The position numbers and the translations under genes are program-made. From Geosiphon pyriformis uo1 (Eukaryota > Fungi > Glomeromycota), in NCBI GenBank assembly GCA_016748015.1, contig JAAOMT010000776.1:1-64000 (forward strand): a stretch of DNA of 64,000 nucleotides, given 5' to 3'. The notes beneath the pieces are model-generated. The model had not been told where the DNA came from. It searched no databases and was given only the letters and a program-made list of their open reading frames with translations. Shown here piece after piece: positions 26,401 through 40,955 of this stretch. The number at the start of each line of letters is the position of its first letter. Positions within the stretch are counted from its first letter, which is position 1.

Positions 26401-29400
26401 TACCTAAATAGAAAAACCAATCTGAAGTTATAAAGAAATGTGACCAGAACATAACATAACACAGAATAGTGCACAATAATATTGGATAACATATTATAAC
26501 TTAGAATAATGCAGAATAATGCATTATAATGTAAAATAACACAAAATAACATGTAATAACACCAGATAACATGTTATAATATAGGATAACTAATAATAAT
26601 GTAGAAGAACAAAGCAATAACAAAAATAAAAAAGCAATAGTTAGCAATAACAAAACAATCAGAAGCAATCCTGTAAAACCAAAAATATATATATAAGCAA
26701 GTAATTGTAAAAGATAGAAAAAAAGGACAGATAGATATGAATCACTAGACAAGAATCAAATATCCTTACCCTTTCCATCATTTATTTTATTCTATTTTCA
26801 TTTTCTAAAATAAAATCAATTAACAAAAAATCAGAATCACAAATTCATGTTCTCAAACTTTGTGGATTTATGTGAATTAACTATTGTGTCATACCTTTAT
26901 TCTAGAACAAATGCTCTTCATATAACTACCTTGAACTATTAATGATTTGAACCAATTGCTCTTGATTATGACAATTGATAATACTAATTCTTTTTTTTTT
27001 ATTTTTTTTATTTTTTTTATTTTTATTTTATTTTATTTTTTTTTCTTTATTTTTTTGTGGAGCAGCAACATAGTAAAATCAACTGTTTGGAAATAGACTT
27101 CATAATAGCCTGGTAAAAGAAAAAAGCTTCTCCTAAGTTTTTAGATATTAATATTATCTTAATAACTTATCAGAAGGGCGAAAAAACAATGTTAAATCCT
27201 AATGACTGCACTCATTAGCTTGGAGAAAAAAGCACCTTTATAAGAAGTTGTAATCAGCAAAAACCAAAACTTTGTGCCTTATAACCAAAAAACTCAACAG
27301 ATAAATTCACAACCAGTAAAGAAGATCTTCAGAGACTAATAATTAAGACTAAGCCAGTGGAATTACATGAAACATGCCTTACTAATAATTAAGAGCACCA
27401 AATATTACCATTTCTCAATCCCATTAAGTATATTTGTAACACTGTCTAGAAAAAGCACATAACACCAATACTGGCTTTGACTTATAATATTTTAGACAAT
27501 TACCCATAATTATAATCCCACATTCCTTTGTAAAAATAGATCTTAAGATAGTATTAGAAATTTCTGTTAATACAATAGTACAGATTGCCTCTCAATTCAG
27601 CCTAACCAAGAAAAGAATCAATGTAAAAGGAGGAATCATCGATGCCAGTTATATAAGAAACATCATAGTAATGCTACAAACAATTTGAACAAACTTTACA
27701 AAATAGAATTACAAAAAAAAATTGCTCAAGCTATCTTTTTACCATTAGTCAAAATACCTCAATTAATCACAATAACAACTCAAGATGAATTAAGCCTCAC
27801 TGCCCAAGAAATTAAGAAATTTGCATCAAGTAGAAAAAAAAACATACCAATCAACTTTACAGAGGAAGACAGTGATCAGGTAGAACTTATTTACACTAAC
27901 ACAGTCATTTCTATCCCTTTATACAAACAATATATTCTTAAAATAGATCAAAAAATCCAAAATCAAGCCTTAGTATTTGAAGCTGATTCCAAAATCTGTT
28001 CTCTAGCTGATGTTGCTAATCTATATCTACTCACAAAGACTCACAAACATTTCAAAATTCCCATCCACAATTCTACTGAGAATCTCATTAAAATCCTGGA
28101 AGAAATCTTAGTTGGCTTCATTATACCAGATATACTGAACCCAGAAAAACCCCAGCCCATCCCAGATTTCATGCAATTGTTCTTGTTTTGTAACATCATT
28201 TTGCAAGTATAGAATTAGCTAAAAAAAAGTTATTTGTTTATGTCAAAAGAGATCAATAAATTAAATCTAAGAAACTTAAGTACTCTGTAGCAAGTACAAC
28301 TCAAGGTTTTCTTGAATCAATACATCAATGTCTTTGCCAGTAAAAATGAGTTTGGACACATTGACATTGTGAAACATTAGATTGATATGGGAGACACTTG
28401 ATTTATAAAACAATAGGCTTACCAAGTACTTTTATCTGACAACAATCTTATCAAACAAGAAGTTCAACAAATGTTTGACAATAGTCTAATCAAAAAATTA
28501 TTAAGCCCTTGGTCTTTCCCAATAGTCCTGGTTACCAAGAAAAATGGAAAGATACAATTTTGTGTGGATTATTGAAAATTAAATAGTATTACCTAAGGAG
28601 ATAGTTACTTCACTCCTCTTATCCAAGAAATCCTGGACAATCTAGGAAAAAAGAAATAGTTTTTGTTATTAGACCTAGCTAGTGGATATTGGCAGGTTGA
28701 AATAGATCTCAAAGATAAAAAAAAATGGCATTTATTACTTGAGATGGAAACTTCGAGTTCAATGTAATGTTTTTTGGACTCTGTAATACTTCTGTCATGT
28801 TTTAACATCTTATGGATGTCATATACAAAGAAATTCTTTGGAAATCAGTTATAGTTTATTTAAACAACACAAATGTGTTCTTTAAAACATTTAACAATTA
28901 TCTGCTCTATCTTTAACAAGTCTTTGAATGCCTTTAAAATGTTAGATTAAAACTTAATTTCAAGAAATGTTTCTTTGGAAAAACCGAGTTAAAATTCCTA
29001 AGACACATAATCAGCAAAGACAGAGTCAAACCCAATCTGAACAAGATCCAAAAAGTTAAAGATTTTCTAGCCCCAATTAATCTTCAAGAGTTATGAGAAT
29101 TTTTAGAATGGCAGAATACTACTGCTGATTTGTCAAAGAGTTTTCAACTATCACAAAACCCTTTACCACTTGTTGTCTAAATATGTGCCATACTTGTAGA
29201 AAGAAGATCAACAAAAAGCTTTTGACTATTTTAAACAGTGACTGATCACATCTCCAATATTAATCTACTTCAATTTCACTAAATGTTTTATTGTTACTAC
29301 AGATGTCTCAAAAAATGCACTAAAAGCCATCTTATTGCAAATAGAACCAGATAACAAGGAATATCCAATCACATATGCTAGTCATAGCACAAATTCAGCT

Positions 29401-30714
29401 GAGAAAATTTACAGTACAATGGATCTAAAATGCCTTGCTATCTATTGGGCAGTACAAATATGGAAACACTATTTCAGTTAATTACTTGATCTATATACAG
29501 ATTATAAGAGACTCATCTGATTACTTAATAACTCACAACTGGAAGGAAAATATGCAAGATAGAGTACTTATCTGCAACAATTTCTACTCAAAGTCTATTA
29601 CAAGGAAGAATTCAAGAACACTAATGCCAACAGTTTGTCAAGAATGCCACAAACTTAATCTCAGACCTATGGACACACTTACTTATTAACAACTACATTA
29701 GTACCTATCAACACTATGTTTTAAGAAGATATTATCTCAACAAAAACAAAGTACCATACAAAAACAAGCCCAAATTTATTTTATTTAAGACAACCAACTA
29801 TATTAATGAGAATGCTAAAACTGCTTCACTTCACAATAAGTTATAAAGAACAATAAAAAGAAAACTATATTACATAGTATGCATTCTAATCCAACTACAG
29901 AACACTTTAATAAAGATGCTACTCTCAAAAAAACTCTAAATTTATACTATTGGCCAATGATGTACAAAAACATTTTTAAATACATGCTTAATTGTGACTT
30001 ATGCCAGCAAAGAGAAGGAGCAAAATTAACAGAACCACTTTAACCCATTCTAATTGAAAATTTATTTAATAAAATTGGAATCAATTTGGTTGGACTTCTC
30101 TTAATTACATCCCAAAAAAATTGCTATATTACTGTAGTCATAAACTATCTTACAAAATGGCCAGAAGCCAGAGCAATCTAAGTGGCTGATACCAAAACAG
30201 TAGCCAAATTTGTGCATTAAGACCTAATTTGTCAACATAAATGCCCAAAAAAATTATTATCTGATCAGGAAACACATTTCATTAATAATATACTAACTGA
30301 ACTAAGCTAATGGTTTAAAATAAAACAACCCTTATTGTTACTATACTACCCATAAACAAACAAACTGGTAGAACAATTTAACCAAATATTGTGTAAAACA
30401 CTAGTAAAAATAAATCATGAAAACAAACAAAAATGGAACTTATTTATACTTTCTGTACTCTTTACATATTGAACATTGAAACAAAATATGATTCAGTTTA
30501 CATCATTTAAACTAGTCTATGGAAAAAAAGCTATGTTACTAATTGAATAAGTAATACCATCATATTCAACAAAAACAATCAATGAAAAAAATTTTGAAGC
30601 TATCTTATACCAAAGAACATACCAGCTAATGGAAATATTGGAAAACAATCATAGAACAGCAGCTGACAATATTAGTCATGCTCAAGAACAACAAAAAAAA
30701 AACATGATAACTGC
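23425..30714 (+). mobile_element. Divergent Ty3/Gypsy element G, internal region (gag-PR-Cys-rich-dUTPase-RT-RH, separate IN); both ends cut by I and C
   Basis: MAY.DIAKLEKF at 23623, CCHC ~24345, protease ~25030, dUTPase ~27450-27840, RT ~28440-29000, IN from ATG 29669. Confidence 0.88.
26398..27441 (+). mobile_element. Solo LTR K (LTR type 2) inserted in G just before dUTPase
   Basis: TATTAC...GTAACA; degenerate 4-bp TSD TTGC/CTGT; host frame resumes after it. Confidence 0.88.
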
Positions 30715-31730
30715 TGTTACAAGTGATTATTTGGGGTCTCGAATCAAACAACAAATCCATAAATTGGTGCTCAATTAATAAACTGATTAGTATTATCTGA
30801 AGCTCTTGGTAATCTGAAAATTTTGTAGTTAAGTCTTTTGTATAATAGATAGAGATTCAGTTGGAATTGTTTGGTAGCTTTCCAAAATCACAATTCCATC
30901 CAATTTTTTTCTTAGCTTAATGGCCGGTTTTATTCTGGTAGTTGTGCCTTTTTGGTAAGCTATTCATTAATATATATATAATGTTATCTTTATTTCTGAG
31001 TCTTTTACCAGGCTATTCATGATATCAATAATTCAGTGCTTAATTCTTAATCAATTAGTAACAACAAAAAATAATAAAATAAATAAAATAAAATAAAAAA
31101 ATAAAGAAATAAGCCAAGACAATAAATATTAGTATCCTATTAATAGCCATGATCAAGAGCTATTGTTTTAGTGTAATTAAGTGTTAGTTATTATCAACAT
31201 AAAGTATTGATAGTAGAGAATAGATTAAGATAGTGAATAATTATTTATTGATATTTGTGAATAGAAAGATTGCTTAGATCAAATCTAAACTGAGAGGTTT
31301 GTCTTTTCTATTTCTAATACTACTACTATATATATATAATTGAGATTTTTCAGTTCCTCAATTTTTTTACATCAGGAATCCTAAAATTCTTGGAATTCTG
31401 CAATTCTTTTGAGAGGAATTCTGGAATTCCATATTTACTATGCTACTTCTGATTGGCTAATTTATATGCTAATATACTTCTTATATTCTATAAGTAATAT
31501 TATTCTTTTCTTTTAATATTAAGCTCTGTTGAGATCTCCTAATTCTAACTCTTTGTTTTTGAGTATTTTTTGAACTTCTTTTTCAAGAATTACTTGTGTT
31601 ATCTTGTTCTGTAATTCTTCAAATTGGGCATTGGTTATTTTTTCTATTTGGTTAACAGTAATGGAATCTATTGCTGGATTGAGTAAGATTTCTGGTCAGT
31701 CTTGAAATTTGCCTTGTAATCAATAGATGG

Positions 31731-32605
31731 TGTTACTCATGAAATATAGGAAGGATACTAGCATAAATTAGTCAATCAGAAGTAGGCACAATAAATGTGG
31801 AATTCCAGGATTCCTCTTAGAGAAATTGCAAGATTCTAGGAATTTCAGGATTCTCATACAAAAAATTACAGAATTCCAGAATTCCAGGATTCCTCTCAAA
31901 GGAATTGCAGGATTCCAGGAATTCCAGAATTTCTGGTGTGAAAAATTGAGGAATTGAGGAATCTCAATTATATATATATAGCAGTAGTACTAGAAGTAGA
32001 AAAAAAAGAATCTTTTAGTTAAAGACCTCTTAGTTTAGATTTGATCTAAGCAACCTTCTATTTACAAATATTAAATAAATAATTATTCACTATCTCAATC
32101 TACACTCCACTATTAACACTTTATGTTGATAGTAATTGATACTTAAAAACACTAGAACAATAGCTCTTAATCATGACTATTGATGGGATACTAACTTGCA
32201 ATTGCTTTTGTTTATTTCTTTATCTTTTTCTTTATTTTTATTTTCTTTCTTGTTGTGATTTTATCATTGTGTACTAATTGATTGAAGATTAAAGTGCTGA
32301 ATTATTGATGTCACGGATAGCCTGATAAAAGACCCAAAGATAAGAATAAGAATATATATATTAATAAATAGCTTACCAGAAGGGCATGATTGCCAAAATA
32401 AACCAGCCACTACGCTGAAGACAGAAATTGAGAAAACAACTCACCAATCACATCATTATCAAATCTTTGTCTATTATACAAAGAACTCAACTCTAAAATC
32501 TTCAGATACAACCAACGTACCAGTATTACTAGCATTATCAAGATATTGAGCACCAAGTTACAGATTTGTTATTTGATTTAAGACCCCAAATAATCATCTG
32601 TAACA
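31731..32605 (+). repeat. 5' LTR of B
   Basis: Direct repeat of 40956-41831. Confidence 0.95.
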
Positions 32606-32607
32606 TT

Positions 32608-32624
32608 TGGTGCTCCCTGTGAGG
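32608..32624 (+). promoter_or_regulatory. Primer-binding site TGGTGCTCCCTGTGAGG (elongator tRNA-Met or tRNA-Ile(UAU)-like 3' end)
   Basis: 2 nt after the LTR; complement CCUCACAGGGAGCACCA; conserved in A, I and F; tRNA identity from recall only. Confidence 0.8.
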
Positions 32625-32667
32625 TATAATCTTACAGAGAACCAACACCAACTACAACCATCCAAAA

Positions 32668-35600
32668 GTAGCAGAATCAGAATCAATAGGAGCAAACTAT
32701 TTAGGATTCACAAAATCTTTATTTCAACACTATTGTCAACATTTGGGATTAAACTATAATCACATATCAGTGGAATCAGTCTTTAATTTCTACATCAATG
32801 AGAGAATTGCTTATCTGTTAGGAACATCAGTAAATACTGAGTCAGCAAGGGAAACCTTTTACAACGAATTAATTCAAAACACTAGTCTACTAACAAACCA
32901 CAATTTTGTATCTATCATCACAGAAATCAATAAAGAAATTAAATATCACATCCAACAAAGATACCCAATTACATATGCCAGTAAAGGAAAAAAAAAACTG
33001 CAAACACCAGTAGTAACACCTCAAAGAATACAACCACTCACTTGAAAGAAATCCAGAGTTAAATCACCAACCAATCTATCATACCACTATACACCTGGAA
33101 GTACCATCAATATCTCATCAACAGGTGCATCCACATCAAATGTGACATCAACATTTAAACAACTCCCATTTCAAAGTAAACAAAAAAAAGCAGAATTATT
33201 AAGGACTTATGGTGATTATTTTGAAGAATTTAAATTGTAATCACCAATGCCATTAGAATTTCAATCACTGCCACCTTAACCAAATTTCAGAAATGCAAGT
33301 TCTTGGGAAATAACAGAATCAGATGAAGAAGAAGAAGAAGAAGCTGAAAAGCAAGAATTTACTTATCAGAACCCAATTCCAGAAAATCTGAACATTGAAA
33401 CCCCAAACTTTCAGACTTAGCAAAATTTAAATTTAGAAAATCCAGAAGTCGAAACTCCAAATTTTCAAAATCAGCAAAATCAGAATAATTAAAACCCCAA
33501 CATTAATAATCAACAACACTTACCTCCAGTTATCAATCCACTACCAGTTGCTCTACAACAACAACCACTGTCACAACTCCAAATTCAATTACCACTTCAA
33601 CCACCACAGCAATTAAACGTAGATCTAATGGCCTATGCCCCAATAGCAAAACTCAAAAAATTTATAGAAGAGGAAAACAATGCACAAGTATGGCTTAACA
33701 ACATAGAAAAAGCCATTATGGTTAATAAATGGAATAATGCCAGAGCCATGCAAGCCATCCCATATTTTCTTCAGAATACCGCCAATTTATGGTACCAAAG
33801 CCTGGTCAACAAACCCCAAGATTTCAATGCATTCAAAATTAAGTTCTTAAGATACTTCAGCAACAATAACAGCATTAACAGGCTAGCAAATATCTTTACT
33901 ACCATTAAACAAGAGGAAACTGAAGCAGTCACTACTTATTTAAGACACTTTTACAGGAATCTGCACCAGATCCAAGTCATCAATGCCAATTATTTCACAG
34001 TGGCCCAGATCCTAAATCAGTTCATTTATGAATTATGCAGTAGCATCCTGCAATGTGTACATCCAATGCATTCCGTTGATCTGCAAGCAGCCATCACAAA
34101 TGCCAGAGATTTTAAAGCTGCTAAATTAGAGGCCAACTATGCCCAAGCAGTAAATTTAGTAATAAACAGATTATCTGACTTGGATTCCAAATTAAAGCAA
34201 TTCAGCAAATCAATAAATCAGAAATTAGAGATATACTTAGTTAACAATAATCAAGCAATCTATCAAACTTCACAGTAATGCAATAATCAAGGAAACTCTA
34301 ATCATTTCCATAATCAATTGCATCCAATCTCATTGACCAATCAACAGTGGCAACAGGAAATGCATGTTTGCCACTATTGTGATAAACAAGGACACCTACA
34401 AATTGACTGCCACTGTCGCTTAAATAACCAACAATCAGGAAATCAATATCAAAATCCTGATTGCTGGTTTCAAACTCCGGATAACCCACCAAATTCAGAG
34501 CCATATCATCAAAATTACCTGCCAATGACACAGCAGCCAATTTATCAAATACTGGTATATCAATCTCCAATTTATCAACTGCAGTCATCAGCAATATATC
34601 AACCACAGCCACCAGTAATTTATCAACCCCAGCAACTTCAAACATCACCACCAAACCCAGCTCAAATGACATCAAAAAATCCCAGATCAAGAGTCACTCA
34701 AAACTGGAGATCGGTGATAGTTGTTCATCAACCAATCCCCAGTTCCTCCTACCAACCAACAGAATCATGCTCTTAGAATTCAGAAACCAGACATGCCCAA
34801 AATCTGAATTCCCAACATTATTTAAGTCTTTTGGTTACTCCAGAAGATGCCATCTCCAACAATCTGGAACCCAATTAGAAACAGCCACTTATCAGCAATA
34901 TCCCACCAGCAACCATCTCCAATAACAAATCTTTAGCAGCTATTTTTTTTTTCGAACTCAAGGAAACCATACCAGTTTTATTATTCAGTAGAACCACTCT
35001 TAACACCAAACCAATCACCACCATGTACACTGATGCGAAAGTTGATGGCCATGCCATTAAACTAATTCTAAATAGTGGATCAGCTGGCAACATCATTATC
35101 AAGCAACTCATAGATCAATTAGGTCACTGAATTGACCATGCTGCCAGTGCCAGAATAATTACAGCTGATGGAGTGACTAAAACTCCTATTGGTGAAATAG
35201 ACAACTTCCTGATTGAAGTCAATGGCATCACAGTACCAATCAAAGTTCTGGTCATAGAAACTACTCAGTATCAAGTTTTAGTTGGTAATGACTGGCTATT
35301 CAAAACCAATGTGACACTTGACTGGACAACACAAAAGTTGTAAATCAGTTAGAACAGCCAACACACACAAGTACCAGCAATGTGTGGCCATTTCAAACTT
35401 AGCATTGAGACATGACTACTTATTAACTTCAAAGAAGAAAAAAAGAAACCTACCTGGGAAGCTTATTAGGTCTCATGAGCTAACAGTGATCACAATGAAC
35501 TACCACCAATACTATTCTAGAATAACAACAACAAAGGAAAACAAAAAGAAAAACTTATCTGGAACACTGACCAAGCCTGAAAAACTGACAATAACCAGGA

Positions 35601-38600
35601 AAAACTAATAAATTGAAAGTGGAAAAAAAATAAAAAGGGAAAAGGAAAGAAGAAGGAAGAAGAACCAACACCTGACAGCACCATTACTTATAATCTCTAC
35701 ACTACACTCCAATGATCTACTTATTGCTGCCCAAAACTGGTATGTGTTGATTGTGATAAGAAATTGTCATTAATGGGTGCTTGTTGTGGCGATAATGAGG
35801 AGTACACTTCAGCAACCAAATTTTACTACCACTCATGCATCATTGAATGCTTTGAAAGACCAAAACAAGTTGGGAAGTGGGACAATGAACCATGCTTGGC
35901 TTGTGGAGAAACTCTCTCAGACAAAAAAATGTAGAATGACATTCCTGGATAAGGAGAAACATGTGATGAAATGTGTTAGTATACAATCCTAATTAACGAC
36001 TGGGTATGTAAGAGCACACCAATTGATGACATCTAGAAACAAGCATTGTGACAATTAAAAGAATACTCTCACAATGAACATGAATTATGGAGAATGGCAA
36101 GTGTGAAAGCAGAAGGTGCGACAACCAGCAAACTACTGAAAATCAAAAACAATCTTCTATCTCTTCTTAAACTGAAATACATTTAAACCTTTGACATCTT
36201 TGACAACATTAAAGACAACTCAGAAGAATTTCACAAACATTACCAGTGTTTAGCATTTACTAGGGAAGAACAAGAGCAGCATTTAAAGCAGTTGAATATT
36301 CAATTATGTCAACATTGTTTAATTCTCTGTGACTTTCAAAATTGTAATAAATGTGATCTTATTTACAATCCACCAATCTGCATGATCTATACAATTCCAG
36401 AAGAGAAAGAACCAATCAGCAGCTGCACATTGGAATTAGGATCAACTTTCAATCCTGATTCAAACTCTGACAACAATAACAATAAAAACAATGGTTCCAG
36501 CTCCGCTTGATCAGATAAGAAAAATAATGGCAATTCAGATTCTAATTCAAACCCTGAAACATACATCGCACTTCCTGATCTTTTCAAAGAACAGAAACTC
36601 AGATAGTATAGTAACAACAATGAAAGCATTATGCCAGAATGTGCATATAATACAGATGCAGAGTTTGATCTGAGATATCCAGGAAAAGATCTCATCAAAT
36701 TGGAACCCCATTTGTGCATCTGTATTGATTTTAAAATAGCACTGAAAATTCTAGCAACAACAATGGTACAATTAGCATCTAGAAATAGCTTAGCTAAAAA
36801 GAGAATCAACATTAGAGGAGGAATAATTGATGCAGGATATGTAAGAAATATCATTGTGATGCTACAAAATGATTCAGAAAAAGCATATACCATAGACCCA
36901 AATGAAAAAATAGCCCAGGCAATATTTCTACTTTTGATGAAAGTAGCTCAGTTAGTGTTAGTGAGAAACAGAGAAAAATTAAAGATAACAGCAAGAGAGA
37001 TACAAAGATTCAGATCCACAGGTAAAATAGAAGAAGAAATTATTAACAAGGGAGAAATTATCTCCACCTGTCAATCAATTTCCATTCTATTATATGACCA
37101 GTATATGTTAGCCATAAAAAGAGAAATAAAAGATCAAGCTTAATTGTTTGAAGCGGAAGCCAACATATGTAAATCAGGAAAAATTGGACTCACTAATCTT
37201 TACATATTAGCCAAAAGTCCCAAAAACATTAAAATTTCCATCTACAATACAATTAGAGATGTTATTGAGATACCAAAAAGAACCATCATCGGATACTTAA
37301 TTACTGAAATTGAGGATCAACAATCCAATTACATTCCAGATTTTTTACAGCTTTGTGGATATGTGGATATCACATCACAAACCATTTATGGACAAAGCAA
37401 ATGTTATCTGTTCCAATTGGAACAATTGGAACAGATGAATTTAGAAAACTTAGACTCACTTCAATGAATACAACTCAAGATATTACTCAACAATTTCAAT
37501 AACATATTTGGCAGTGAAGATAAATTTGGCAGAATTAGCATAATCTAACACCAGATCAAGACTAAAGATATAATGCCAATAAAACAAAGAGCATATAGAG
37601 TACTACCAGCCAGCCATAAGATCATTTGTCAAGAAATTAACTGAATGCTTAACAATGAGTTAATTTAGCCATTAATAAGCCCATGATTATTACCAGTGAT
37701 ACTAGTTTAGAAGAAAAATAGAAAGATCTGTTTTTGTGTGGATTATCAAAAACTGAATAGAGTAACTAAAGATGATAGCTATCCAACTCCAAAGATCCAA
37801 GAACTATTTAACACTTTTGGAGGAAATAAATGGTTCTCGACACTAGATTTAGATAGTGGTTACTGACAAGTAGTCATAAAACCAGAAGACAAAGAGAAAA
37901 CAGCTTTCACAATTCAAGAAAGAAACTTTGAATTCGAAGTAATGTTATTTGGCTTAATGAATGCTCCAGCCACTTTCCAGTGACTTATAGAAATTGTTTA
38001 TACTGAGCTACTATAGAAATCAGTTATTGTATACTTGGATAACACCAATGTGTTCTCAAAAACATTTGATAATCATCTGCATCATCTCTAACAAGTGTTC
38101 AAAAGACTAAGAAGAGCCAGATTAAAGCTAAATGCAACCAAATATTTCTTTGGAAAAACTGAACTCAAGTTTTTGGGACATGTTGTGAGCAAAGACAGAA
38201 TCAAAACAAATCCAAACAAAATTGAAATTGTTAAGAACTTTCTAGTACCAAATAATCTCACAGAATTAAAAGCATTCTTAAGATTTGCTGGATACTACTG
38301 CTGCTTTATCAAGGACTTTTCCAAAATAGCTCAACCATTACATCAACTCCAAACAAAAAATGTGAAATACAAATGGACAGAAAACCAACAAGAAGCTTTT
38401 AACATATTAAGAAGAAAGCTTATCCAAGCTCTAGTATTGATGTATTCAGATTACAATAAACTATTTATTATTACTACCAATGCATCAGGCAAAGCATTGG
38501 GAGCAGTATTATCACAGAGAGAACCAGACAGAAGAAAGCATCTAGTAGCTTATGCCAGTAGAAGCTTAAGTTCAGCTGAAAAAAATTAGGGAACTCCAGC

Positions 38601-38835
38601 ACTGGAACACTTAGCTATCTATTGAGCTGTCATCAAATAGAAAGAATACTTGAGTCAGAAGTTTAACATATACATTGATTACAAAAGATTGACTTCAATT
38701 CAGAAACAAAAATTTGGAAATGATTGCCATGCCAGATGGAAAATAGAACTGTTACTATTTAATTATACAGTACATTATAAAAAAGGAAAAGACAATGGAA
38801 ATGCTAATGGTTTGTCGTGAATAAGACAAATCTAA
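32668..38835 (+). pseudogene. B Gag-PR-Cys-rich-dUTPase-RT-RNaseH polyprotein (single frame, many nonsense mutations)
   Basis: ORF fragments 32743, 33628, 34318, 36292, 36631, 37144 and 38095 share one frame; CHYCDKQGHLQIDC, LIL(D)SGS, GGIIDAGY, YLD(D). Confidence 0.9.
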
Positions 38836-38865
38836 AAACATGTTAACCCAAAAATATAACAAAAG

Positions 38866-40248
38866 ATGAATATACAAAAATACCAACAACTCTAACATTA
38901 TATAAATACCCAATTGTTCAAGAAGAAATTATTTCAAAAGAAACAAAACAACATAAAACAACAATCAAAATATTTTATCAGTCATCAAAATATACTGTAC
39001 CAGAAAAACAGAAAAAATCCAGACCAGCCAACAAGAGTAATTACAGAACCAGAGAAAGAAACAATATTGTTCAATATGCACTCAGACCCAACAGCAGAAT
39101 ATTTTCATAAAGAAGCAACCATAGAAAGAACTAAAAAAAGGTACTATTAGTCATCAATGTATCCAGATATCATTTAGTATGTTCAAAATTGTGATGTTTG
39201 TCAGAGAAGAGGAAGAACAAAACTCAGTGAACTATTGAGACCAATTAAAGTGGGACAACTATTTGATTGCATTGGAATTGACTTAGTTAGACCATTAACA
39301 ATTACCAGCAGAGGCAACAGATATATTGCAGTAGCCATGGACTATCTCACTAAATGGCCAGAAGCAAAAGCCATTCAAAGAACAGATGCAGAATCCGTTG
39401 CCAAATTTGTTCATCAAAATCTGATCTGTTAACATGAATGTCCAAAAAAATTATTATTTGATCAAGAAACTCACTTTGTGAATAGAATATTAGCAGAATT
39501 AAGCCAAAGATTTGGAATAAAAAGACCACTATCATCACCATATTATCTACAAACAAATGGGTTAGTCAAAAGGTTCAACAGAACACTGTGTAAAGCAATA
39601 GCCAAAATCAGCCAAAAAAACCAGAACAAATGGGATTTAATCATATCATCAGTACTATTTGCATATTGAACAATGAAACAAGACACTATATAAGCAACAC
39701 TATTTGAATTAGTATATGGTAGAACAGCAATATTATCAGTTGAGATAGAAGTCAAAACATATTCAACAGAACCAATAACAGAAGAGAATTTCTAAAGAAC
39801 ATTGTTAAGAAGAACATATGCCTTAATAAAGACATTGGAAAACAAATAGAAAAAAGCAGCTGATAACATCCAAAAGTCACAAGAAAAACAAAAAAAAAGA
39901 CATAATAACCAATTATCAGATAAATCAGTTGAATTCAAGATTGGAGACAAAGTACTTTTACATTGTACTAAAGTGAAAAAACAATAGAATAGAAAATTTG
40001 ATCTCAAATGAGATGGACCATTTCACATAGAAGAAATTCTTGGAAATAGAGCTTATAAATTAAGATGGGACAACAAAATCTTAGCCAAAGCAGCACATAA
40101 TAATCGACTGAAACCATATTACCATATAGTATCACCATCTACCAATAATATTTTACAATTAGGAATACAGAGAATATTAATACAACCAGATGAGATTCCA
40201 CAAGATCTGGAACCAATTATCATTATTAAACCAAACATGTAAAATTAA
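38866..40248 (+). pseudogene. B integrase ORF (HHCC, DD35E, GPF/Y), own ATG, no chromodomain
   Basis: MHSDPTA.YF..RYY..CDVCQ, IGIDLV, DQETHF, GLV(E)RFNRTL, DGPFHI. Confidence 0.88.
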
Positions 40249-40302
40249 ACAATAAAAAGAGTATATAAAGACATAGTAGATGTGATGGAAGACTCCAGAA
40301 AA

Positions 40303-40941
40303 ATGGAAATTACTGACAACATTCACTTACTAGCACAACAACTTTTTCAACTAATCTAACAACAAAAAATAGAAATTACAATCAATTAACAAACCATCAA
40401 ATACACAAACACTAGAAAAAGACTATGGAATAAAGTACAGAGGAAAACAGAAAACACTATTGACAAAATAATGGCAAAAGTAAAACTGGCAATAAAAACA
40501 CAACCCAAAGTTACCCAATATTAAGAGTTGAATATAAAAACATGGAATTGGTGGATACAAGAATTTCCAAGAAACTTTTGTTACTTTTACTTAGGACAAT
40601 ATGTAAACATTCAGAATTTATATACAGATAAGACAAAATAATTATTTGACACAACAATACTACAACAACTAGAACAATTTGTGGGGAAAAACAATTTAAC
40701 CACAAAAGCAAAAGCTATTTATTGGCTACATACTGGATTTCAAGATTAACCAGAAATTTTGCTCAACACTAAAATAGACACTATTACTGTCAACCAAATA
40801 GAAAAATTAACCAACACCCAATTTGAAGAATTAGAAAACAAGATAACACAAATAATTCTCAGAAAAGAAGTTCAAAAACTACTCAAGAATAGAGAATTAG
40901 AGTTAGAAGATTTGGGAAATCTCAATGGAGCTCAATATTAA
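40303..40941 (+). pseudogene. B ORF3, unknown ~210-aa protein between integrase and PPT
   Basis: Frame conserved with A, C and D (MEITDNIH..WNWWIQ.FPRNFCYFYLGQ..GAQY*). Confidence 0.72.
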
Positions 40942-40955
40942 AAAGGAAGAAATAA

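Noticed and set aside
32668-40941. Alternative genetic code (TAA/TAG read as Gln) explaining in-frame stops
   Set aside because: Most stops differ between copies, include TGA from CGA/TGG, and accompany missense changes in catalytic motifs, so they are mutations
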